NCBI RefSeq assembly: GCF_003010495.1 | Contig: NZ_CP027570.1 | Coordinates: 1,920,001-1,952,000 of the forward strand | Direction of reading: 5' to 3' | DNA length: 32,000 nucleotides | Source: Megasphaera elsdenii DSM 20460 | Lineage (GTDB): Bacteria; Bacillota; Negativicutes; Veillonellales; Megasphaeraceae | Made by a program: the position numbers and the translations under genes | Shown: positions 26,144-32,000 of the stretch, piece after piece | Position numbering within the stretch: position 1 is the first letter of the stretch | Layout: every line of letters begins with the position of its first letter | Notes under the pieces: model-generated | Database searches by the model: none | Told to the model about the DNA's origin: nothing | What the model saw: the letters and a program-made list of their open reading frames with translations, nothing else

Positions 26144-26205
26144 GTTTGAAGTTTGATGTTTGAAGCAATGCAGTTAAATTTAGTAACGCACATCAAACAT
26201 CAAAC
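26144..26205 (+). repeat. GTTTGAW heptamer inverted-repeat hairpin (site A)
   Basis: GTTTGAA 26144-50, GTTTGAT 26151-57 and GTTTGAA 26158-64 are followed by a ~25-nt spacer, then ATCAAAC 26192-98 and ATCAAAC 26199-205. 13 consecutive bases are complementary. Confidence 0.75.
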
Positions 26206-26210
26206 CCCAA

Positions 26211-26245
26211 AAAAGGAGCTGTCTTTTTAGACAGCTCCTTTTTTG
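26211..26245 (+). terminator. intrinsic terminator of etfBA
   Basis: AAGGAGCTGTC (26213-26223), loop TTTTTA, GACAGCTCCTT (26230-26240), then TTTTT. Confidence 0.85.
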
Positions 26246-26256
26246 CATGTTATAAT
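26227..26256 (+). promoter_or_regulatory. candidate promoter of the 26303 gene (overlaps the etf terminator)
   Basis: -35 TTAGAC 26227-26232, an 18-nt spacer, and an extended -10 TGTTATAAT 26248-26256. Confidence 0.35.
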
Positions 26257-26302
26257 ACCCATATCTATACGAAATGCTGTGAAAAAATACGGAGGTGGTT
26301 CC

Positions 26303-27589
26303 ATGGATTCTTTTGCTGCCCGCCGGGCCTGCCGCGACGGTCGTTATGACGAGGTCCTGGCTATGTACGGCAAGGCCGCTCCCGATGGGTCTTGGACTTG
26401 CTGGGATTATTACTATTATGCCTATGCCCTGCGCAAGACGAAGCAGTACCGGAAAGGCCGGGAAATCGCCCGGGCCGGCATGATTGCCTTTCCGGATTTT
26501 ACCAACCTGCATGGGATTTACTGCTGGTGCCTCTATTATCTGTATATCCAGAAGTTCGATGAACGGACCCATTCGCCGGCTGATTTTCGCCGCGCTGTCG
26601 ATGCCATCCTGAAGTACAGCCGGCAGGAAGCGTACAGTCCGTATGCCCTGGCCGTATGGCGCATGGTCGATGTCCTCAAGAACAAGCCCGGCCAGGCCAA
26701 TCTCATGGGTGCCTATCTGCGCCGCCTCGACCCGGACCAGCTGCCGGACCAGGAAAAGACCGTGACTTTGAAAGGGCGGGAACGGGTCATCGCGTCGGAC
26801 CGGGAACGGTGGTACTCCCTCATGAGCCGCATCCTGGTCAAGGAAGAAAAGTATGACGACTGCATTACGTTGTGCCAGCAGGCACTGAACTATTTCCCTC
26901 AGCTCCATCATGACAATGACATCTGGTTCTCTTACCGCATCGCCCTCTGCCAGCTGCGCCAGGGCCAGGTCGCAGAAGGGCGGCAGCGCCTGGAAAATCT
27001 GCTGAAATATAAGCAGCACTGGATTCTCTATCGTGGCCTGTTCTTTGCGTCCCAGGCGGAAGGCGATAGTGCGGCTATGCGCCGCTACGGGGCGTCGGCT
27101 TTTCTGGCCGGCGGTGAATTTAAGGGCAAAGTCAATTTCCTGGTCCAGTTCGCCCAGGCCCTGGAGAATATGGGCGGCTATGAGAAAATGGCCTATTATC
27201 ATTATCTCCTGGCCCGGGACGTGCGGCAGGACCAGCACTGGAAGGTCAAAGCCGAACTCATTGCTAAAGTCGACAGCTATGCCTTTCCTGAACCGAACCG
27301 GCGGGACTTGATGGACGGCCTGCATCAATTCTGGATGGCCGGGAAACATGCCGGACAGACCTGCCATAAAGGGCGTATCGAGCGGATCCTTCCCGGTGGC
27401 AAGGCCGGCTTCCTCAAGGACCGTGAGGGTAGTCAGTACTATTTCCGCACGTCGTCGCTGTACCGCGTCCGCCCGCAAGAAGGGGAGAGAGTCACTTTCT
27501 ACGTAGAAGACTTCTTTGAGACAGGGAAAGAAAAACCGGCCCATCGCGCCGTGGACATCGAGCCGGTTTTGCTATATCATAAGAGTTGA
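26303..27589 (+). CDS. hypothetical protein: helical-repeat (TPR-like) body with C-terminal cold-shock/OB-like domain
   Basis: ATG 26303 lies 7 nt after GGAGGTGG. The 428-aa product has a helical, aromatic-rich N-terminal ~360 aa. The C-terminus GRIERILPGGKAGFLKDREGSQYYFRTSSLYRVRPQEGERVTFYVE fits the CSD pattern (G.V....GFI....G..YF........EG..V.F). Confidence 0.7.
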   Translation: MDSFAARRACRDGRYDEVLAMYGKAAPDGSWTCWDYYYYAYALRKTKQYRKGREIARAGMIAFPDFTNLHGIYCWCLYYLYIQKFDERTHSPADFRRAVDAILKYSRQEAYSPYALAVWRMVDVLKNKPGQANLMGAYLRRLDPDQLPDQEKTVTLKGRERVIASDRERWYSLMSRILVKEEKYDDCITLCQQALNYFPQLHHDNDIWFSYRIALCQLRQGQVAEGRQRLENLLKYKQHWILYRGLFFASQAEGDSAAMRRYGASAFLAGGEFKGKVNFLVQFAQALENMGGYEKMAYYHYLLARDVRQDQHWKVKAELIAKVDSYAFPEPNRRDLMDGLHQFWMAGKHAGQTCHKGRIERILPGGKAGFLKDREGSQYYFRTSSLYRVRPQEGERVTFYVEDFFETGKEKPAHRAVDIEPVLLYHKS

Positions 27590-27616
27590 ATTTACTAGAG
27601 AAAGTGAGTGGCACTC

Positions 27617-28144
27617 ATGATTTTATCAGGCAAGGAAATTGTCAAGCATTTAGGTAAGGAAATCATCATTGAACCCTTCCATCCGGAACGGGTCAATCCC
27701 AATAGTTATAATCTGTCCCTGCACAACGAGCTCATGGTCTATGACCATAATGAATTAGACATGGCCAAGCCCAATCCGGCTTCGACCATCTATATTCCCA
27801 AGTCGGGCTACGTCTTGCAGCCCAACAAGCTCTACCTGGGGCGGACCAACGAATATACCCGTACCGATGGCTATATCCCCATGCTCGAAGGCCGGTCGTC
27901 TGTCGGCCGCCTGGGCGTCTTCATCCACGTCACGGCCGGGTTCGGCGACGTCGGCTTTGCCGGCTACTGGACGCTGGAAATCTTCTGCGTCCAGCCTATC
28001 CGCATTTATCCCAATGTCGAAATCTGCCAGATTTACTACCACGATATCGACGGGGAATACGATACCTATAAACACGGTAAATACCAGAACAATACGGGCA
28101 TCCAGCCGAGTATGCTCTGGAAAGACTTTGAAAAAATGAAATAA
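27617..28144 (+). CDS. dcd: dCTP deaminase (trimeric dUTPase-fold Dcd)
   Basis: MILSGKEI..NPNSYNLSL..LEGRSSVGRLGVFIHVTAGFGDVGFAGYWTLEI is the Dcd signature. The product is 175 aa from ATG 27617. Confidence 0.9.
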   Translation: MILSGKEIVKHLGKEIIIEPFHPERVNPNSYNLSLHNELMVYDHNELDMAKPNPASTIYIPKSGYVLQPNKLYLGRTNEYTRTDGYIPMLEGRSSVGRLGVFIHVTAGFGDVGFAGYWTLEIFCVQPIRIYPNVEICQIYYHDIDGEYDTYKHGKYQNNTGIQPSMLWKDFEKMK

Positions 28145-28158
28145 AGGGAAGTGTCATC

Positions 28159-29142
28159 ATGAAAGAAATAGATATGTTAGCCATGGCCCGGACGAACGGG
28201 TTCCGCCTGGGTAATGCCCAGGACCGCCAAGGCGGCACGGGCTGCACGGTCTTGGTATTTCCCGATAGCGCGCCCTGCGCCGTCGATGTCCGCGGCGGCG
28301 GCCCGGCCAGCCGGGAATCGGAACTCCTCAGTCCCATGGCGGCTGCGTCGGGCATCCACGCCATCCTGCTCAGCGGCGGCAGTGCCTTTGGCCTCAATGC
28401 CTCGACAGGGGTCATGCAGTACCTGGAAGAACAGCACATCGGCTTCGATACGCGTATCTGCAAGGTGCCCCTCGTCGTCGAGTCGTGCATTTATGACCTG
28501 GGCTGCGGCGACAACGTCCGTCCCGATGCGGCCATGGGCTATGCGGCCTGCCAGGCAGCGGAAACGGGGGACTTCCGTGAAGGCTGCTACGGCGCCGGTA
28601 CGGGGGCGACAGTCGGTAAGCTCTGTGGTCCGGACTATATGATGAAATCCGGTCTCGGTGCTTATGCCGTCCAGGTCGGCGACCTCCAGGTCGGTGCCGT
28701 CGTCTCCGTCAACGCCGTCGGCGATGTCCTCGATGAACAGGGACAGATCCTGGCCGGCATGCGCAGCCGCGACGGCCAGGGCTTTGCCGACACGCGGCGG
28801 GTCATGCTGGAAGAAGCGGGGCAGACGCCGACCCTCTTTTCCCAGCGCGCCGTCGGGACGACGACCAATACGACTATCGGCGCTGTCGTCACCAATGGGC
28901 GGTTCGACAAGGCCCAGCTCAAGAAAATCGCCGCCCTGGGCAGCAACGGCATCGTCCGCGCCATCCGTCCCGTCAATACGACGGCTGACGGCGATTCCCT
29001 CTATGCAGCCAGTGTCGGCAGCATTTCGGCTGAATTGAGCCTGACCGGCACCATCGCGGCCTACGTTGTAGAAAAAGCCATCCGCCGCGCCGTCTGCCAG
29101 GCTGAAAGCCTGTATGGCATCGAGGCGTGCCAGGATGTTTGA
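28159..29142 (+). CDS. P1/S58 (DmpA-type) family aminopeptidase-like protein
   Basis: GFRLGNAQDRQGGTGCTVLVFPD..AVDVRGGGPASRE and ..GTTTNTTIGAVVTN.. are typical of DmpA/BapA-like Ntn peptidases. Confidence 0.85.
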   Translation: MKEIDMLAMARTNGFRLGNAQDRQGGTGCTVLVFPDSAPCAVDVRGGGPASRESELLSPMAAASGIHAILLSGGSAFGLNASTGVMQYLEEQHIGFDTRICKVPLVVESCIYDLGCGDNVRPDAAMGYAACQAAETGDFREGCYGAGTGATVGKLCGPDYMMKSGLGAYAVQVGDLQVGAVVSVNAVGDVLDEQGQILAGMRSRDGQGFADTRRVMLEEAGQTPTLFSQRAVGTTTNTTIGAVVTNGRFDKAQLKKIAALGSNGIVRAIRPVNTTADGDSLYAASVGSISAELSLTGTIAAYVVEKAIRRAVCQAESLYGIEACQDV

Positions 29143-29218
29143 TGTAATGATGTTTGATGTTTGATGTAAAAAAATAATTATGACCATCACATCAAACTTC
29201 AAACTTCAAACTTCAAAC
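29137..29218 (+). repeat. GTTTGAW heptamer inverted-repeat hairpin (site B)
   Basis: GTTTGAT 29137-43 contains the gene's TGA stop. It is followed by GTTTGAT 29152-58 and GTTTGAT 29159-65, a 25-nt spacer, then ATCAAAC 29191-97 and TTCAAAC x3 (29198-29218). Confidence 0.75.
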
Positions 29219-29279
29219 TAACAGGGGAGCGCTTTCAGAAAATGTGCTGCCTATATTCTGGTGAAAGAGGAGTGTTTTT

Positions 29280-30395
29280 ATGTACGATTACGTCATCGTC
29301 GGCAGCGGCCTCTTTGGCTGTGTCTTTGCCCACGAGATGCATAAGGCCGGCCGGCAGTGCCTGGTCCTGGAACGGCGGGACCAGGTCGGCGGCAATGTCT
29401 ATTGTGAAGAAAAGGACGGCATCCATATCCATCGCTATGGCGCCCATATCTTCCATACGTCGGACCTGCGGGTCTGGGAGTATGTCAATCAGTTCGCTAA
29501 ATTCAATCATTTTATTAATACGCCTGTTGCCAATTATAAGGGCGAACTGTACAACCTGCCTTTCAATATGAATACGTTTGCCAAGATGTGGGGCATCATC
29601 ACGCCGGAACAGGCAGCGGCCAAAATCGAAGGCCAGCGCCGGGCAGCGGGCATCACGGAGCCGGAGAACCTGGAAGAACAGGCCATTTCCCTCATCGGCA
29701 CGGATGTGTATGCGAAACTGATCAAAGGCTATACGGAAAAGCAGTGGGGCCGGAGCTGTAAGGAATTGCCGGCCTTCATCATCAAGCGCCTGCCCGTACG
29801 CTATACCTTTGACAACAATTATTTCGACGACGAGTATCAGGGGATTCCCAAAGGCGGTTATAACGTCCTCATCGACGCCCTCCTGGATGGTGTCGAAGTG
29901 CGGACCGGTGTCGATTATAACCGGGAACGGGCGTCATACCTGGATGTAGCCCGCAAAGTCGTCTATACTGGCCCGATTGACGAGTATTTTGGCTACCGCT
30001 TGGGCCATCTGGCTTATCGGGGCTTACATTTTGAAACAGAACGTTATAACGAAGTCAACCATCAAGGTGTGGCAGTCATGAATTACACCGACCGGGAAAC
30101 GCCATATACGCGGACTATCGAGCACAAGCATTTTGAATTTGGCAGACAGCCTGTGACGTATGTCACTAAGGAATATCCGGCCGAATGGCAGGCCGGCCAG
30201 GAAGCGTATTATCCGGTCAACGATGAAGCCAACCAGGAACTGTACCGTAAATATGCAGCCTTGGCCCGCCATGAATACAACGTCATCTTCGGCGGCCGCC
30301 TGGCAGAATACAAATATTACGACATGGACGACGTCATTGCCAGTGCCCTGGCTGCGGTAGAAAGGGAAGGATATCATGCAGAAACAAATTCGTAA
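29280..30395 (+). CDS. glf: UDP-galactopyranose mutase
   Basis: MYDYVIVGSGLFGCVFA (FAD GxGxxG motif), HRYGAHIFHTS and YYPVND are present. The ORF is 371 aa. Confidence 0.95.
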   Translation: MYDYVIVGSGLFGCVFAHEMHKAGRQCLVLERRDQVGGNVYCEEKDGIHIHRYGAHIFHTSDLRVWEYVNQFAKFNHFINTPVANYKGELYNLPFNMNTFAKMWGIITPEQAAAKIEGQRRAAGITEPENLEEQAISLIGTDVYAKLIKGYTEKQWGRSCKELPAFIIKRLPVRYTFDNNYFDDEYQGIPKGGYNVLIDALLDGVEVRTGVDYNRERASYLDVARKVVYTGPIDEYFGYRLGHLAYRGLHFETERYNEVNHQGVAVMNYTDRETPYTRTIEHKHFEFGRQPVTYVTKEYPAEWQAGQEAYYPVNDEANQELYRKYAALARHEYNVIFGGRLAEYKYYDMDDVIASALAAVEREGYHAETNS

Positions 30396-31248
30396 GGCCG
30401 TCATCCCGGCGGCAGGCTATGGGACACGCTTTTTGCCGGTCACCAAGGCCATCCCCAAGGAAATGATCCCCATTGTCGATAAACCGGTCATCCAGTATAT
30501 CGTCGAAGAAGCCCTGCAGAGCGGCATCGAAGAAATACTCATCATCACCGGCCATGGCAAGCGGGCCATTGAAGACCATTTCGACACCAATATCGATTTG
30601 GAACTGCAATTGCGTCAGCAGGGGAAAGACCAGCTGCTGCACCTGGTTCAGGATATTTCGTCGATCAACGTCCACTACATCCGCCAAAAACACATGCGCG
30701 GACTGGGCGACGCCATCCGCTGTGCCGAATCGTTCATCGATAATGAACCTTTTGCCGTCCTCCTGGGCGACGACGTCATCTATAATCCGGAGAAACCGGC
30801 GCTGAAGCAGATGATGGAAGCTTTCAGCCGCTTAGGGGCGACCATGCTCGGCTGCCAGGAAGTGCCGCAGGAACTGGTGTCGCGCTACGGCATCGTCCAG
30901 GGCCAGCCGACAGACGACGACCGCGTCGTCAAGCTCATCGATATGATTGAAAAACCGGCTGTCGACGAAGCACCGAGCCGCCTGGCTGCGCTAGGCCGTT
31001 ATATCTTGACGCCGGATATCTTTGAAATCCTGCGCCGTGTCCAGCCGGGGAAGGGCGGCGAAATCCAGCTTACTGATGCCCTGCGCCTCATGGCTGACCG
31101 GGAAGCGGTCTACGCCTATACCTTCAGCGGCCGCAGCTACGACACGGGCAATAAACTGGGCTTCCTCAAAGCTACTGTCGAATACGCCCTGCGCCGGGAA
31201 GACCTGGGAGACGCCTTCCGGGAATACCTGCGTACCAGCCTTCCCTGA
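30376..31248 (+). CDS. galU: UTP-glucose-1-phosphate uridylyltransferase
   Basis: KAVIPAAGYGTRFLPVTKAIPKEMIPIVDKP is the GalU signature. The ORF is 290 aa and overlaps the glf end by 20 nt. Confidence 0.95.
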   Translation: MQKQIRKAVIPAAGYGTRFLPVTKAIPKEMIPIVDKPVIQYIVEEALQSGIEEILIITGHGKRAIEDHFDTNIDLELQLRQQGKDQLLHLVQDISSINVHYIRQKHMRGLGDAIRCAESFIDNEPFAVLLGDDVIYNPEKPALKQMMEAFSRLGATMLGCQEVPQELVSRYGIVQGQPTDDDRVVKLIDMIEKPAVDEAPSRLAALGRYILTPDIFEILRRVQPGKGGEIQLTDALRLMADREAVYAYTFSGRSYDTGNKLGFLKATVEYALRREDLGDAFREYLRTSLP

Positions 31249-31327
31249 TAGGGAGGTGGCCGTAAGGCCGGAGGGGTTGCCTTGAAAACCTCTCAGTCAG
31301 CTGCGCTGACAGCTCCCCTATCAGGGG
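31243..31327 (+). repeat. ~85-nt four-stem structured element, copy 1 (overlaps the galU stop)
   Basis: The closing stem is CCCTGATAGGGAG (31243-55) / CTCCCCTATCAGGGG (31313-27). It encloses GGCC-GTAA-GGCC (31258-69), GAGGGGTT..AACCTCTC, and GTCAG-CTGCG-CTGAC (31296-310). Confidence 0.7.
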
Positions 31328-31438
31328 AGCCACGGACCATGAGCCACGGCTGTCCGTTCTGGCAGCCGTCCTGCGCCTTCTGTTGGTCGGCACCTGACGG
31401 GCCAGAATGGCTTGGGATAACCCATGCGGATTATGCCT

Positions 31439-31526
31439 CCCCTAATAGGGGAGGTGGCCGTAAGGCCGGAGAGGTTGCCTTGAAAAACCTCTCAGTCAGC
31501 TGCGCTGACAGCTCCCCTATCAGGGG
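31439..31526 (+). repeat. ~88-nt four-stem structured element, copy 2
   Basis: The closing stem is CCCCTAATAGGGGAG (31439-53) / CTCCCCTATCAGGGG (31512-26). The same three internal hairpins are present. It differs from copy 1 at about five positions. Confidence 0.7.
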
Positions 31527-31562
31527 AGCCATGAGTGGGCCGCCTTCACAGGACGGCCCCTA

Positions 31563-31597
31563 CGAACCACGAACCACTAGCCACTAGCCACGAGCCA
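31563..31597 (-). repeat. five tandem heptamers (TGGYTMG on the tadA sense strand) directly abutting the tadA stop codon
   Basis: On the + strand: CGAACCA x2 (31563-76), CTAGCCA x2 (31577-90) and CGAGCCA (31591-97). CTA (31598-600) follows, which is the TAG stop of tadA. Confidence 0.75.
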
Positions 31598-32000
31598 CTA
31601 CTTCTTCCGTCTTTGGCGGAAGAAATCTTTCATCAGGGCCGCACATTCCTCGGCGCGGACGCCGGCTGTGACCTCGGTCCGGTGGTTGAGGCAGTCGTTG
31701 TCGACGAGGTGGAACAGGGACCGCACGGCACCTGCTTTGGGGTCGTCGCAGCCGTAGACGACCCGGTCCAGGCGGCTGTTGACGATGGCACCGGCACACA
31801 TGGGGCACGGTTCGACGGTCACATAAAGAGTACAGCCTGTCAGGCGCCAGCGGTTCAGGGCGCGGCAGGCTTTTTCAATGGCTAAGAGTTCGGCGTGGGC
31901 CGTAGCACAAGGCAGGCTTTCGCGCAGGTTATAGGCCCGGGCGACGACTTTCTTTTCATAGACAATGACGGCGCCGATGGGGATTTCCCCGACGGCATAG
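31598..32000 (-). CDS. tadA: tRNA-specific adenosine deaminase TadA (5' end outside window)
   Basis: The minus frame is open to the window edge. It reads ..IPIGAVIVYEKKVVARAYNLRE..TAHAELLAIEKACRALNRWRLTGCTLYVTVEPCPMCAGAIVNSRLDRVVYG.. with the HAE and PCxxC zinc motifs. Confidence 0.9.
   Translation of the reverse strand, partial: YAVGEIPIGAVIVYEKKVVARAYNLRESLPCATAHAELLAIEKACRALNRWRLTGCTLYVTVEPCPMCAGAIVNSRLDRVVYGCDDPKAGAVRSLFHLVDNDCLNHRTEVTAGVRAEECAALMKDFFRQRRKK

Noticed and set aside
27617-28144. dCTP deaminase as a nucleotide-depletion anti-phage defence gene.
   Set aside because: It is a canonical 175-aa trimeric Dcd-type housekeeping enzyme. It has no extra kinase or sensor domain and sits among housekeeping genes. 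The known defensive dCTP deaminases belong to a different, larger architecture.
23502-29202. Long minus-strand ORFs 23502-24710, 24334-25218, 25091-26065, 26180-27544 and 28177-29202.
   Set aside because: They are antisense to etfB, etfA, the TPR/CSD gene and the S58 peptidase, all of which carry clear family motifs on the + strand. Long open antisense frames are expected in GC-rich coding sequence.
31243-31530. The four-stem elements ending in AGCCA as tRNA or tRNA-like genes.
   Set aside because: The closing stem is 13-15 bp, not 7. Arm and loop sizes do not fit a tRNA, and there are no conserved D/T-loop nucleotides. They are treated as an unknown structured repeat instead.

Overview
32-kb chromosomal window, moderately GC-rich, with Firmicute-like gene content. 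My guess is a Negativicute such as Megasphaera, but this cannot be verified here. (1) 1-1.8 kb holds the end of a membrane carrier gene, a decayed TPR-like ORF and an exported thioredoxin-fold protein without CxxC. (2) About 1.8-7.1 kb is a visibly AT-richer accessory island. It contains a VOC/glyoxalase gene bracketed by two arrays of 12-bp-periodic GACYAAG repeats, and a HigA-like antitoxin beside an internally deleted toxin remnant. It also contains an McrBC-type modification-dependent restriction system: an 809-aa McrB with a long N-terminal reader region including an EVE/PUA-like domain, McrC, and a 61-aa membrane ORF. (3) 7.1-12 kb holds an HD-GYP protein apparently co-transcribed with an AdoMetDC-fold protein that lacks the pyruvoyl-forming Ser and has a basic tail, followed by clpB and a Sel1-repeat protein. 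(4) 12-21.6 kb is a type I-C CRISPR-Cas interference module, cas3-cas5-cas8c (with probable internal cas11c)-cas7. A 55-repeat/54-spacer array follows after 184 bp, and no cas4/cas1/cas2 is present in the window. The array ends in a perfect repeat fused to the last ~60 codons of an IS200/IS605-family tnpB. (5) 21.9-32 kb holds a PhzF-like isomerase, an AAA/DUF234-type ATPase behind a nested palindrome, etfBA, a TPR plus cold-shock-like orphan, dcd, an S58/DmpA peptidase, glf, galU and tadA. The intergenic regions carry three families of short structured repeats that no standard feature explains: GTTTGAW heptamer hairpins, TGGCTAG-type heptamer runs abutting stop codons, and a duplicated ~88-nt four-stem element. 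No new multi-gene system can be proven from sequence alone; the best follow-up candidates are listed in the findings. All domain calls come from motif recognition by eye, with no database search.
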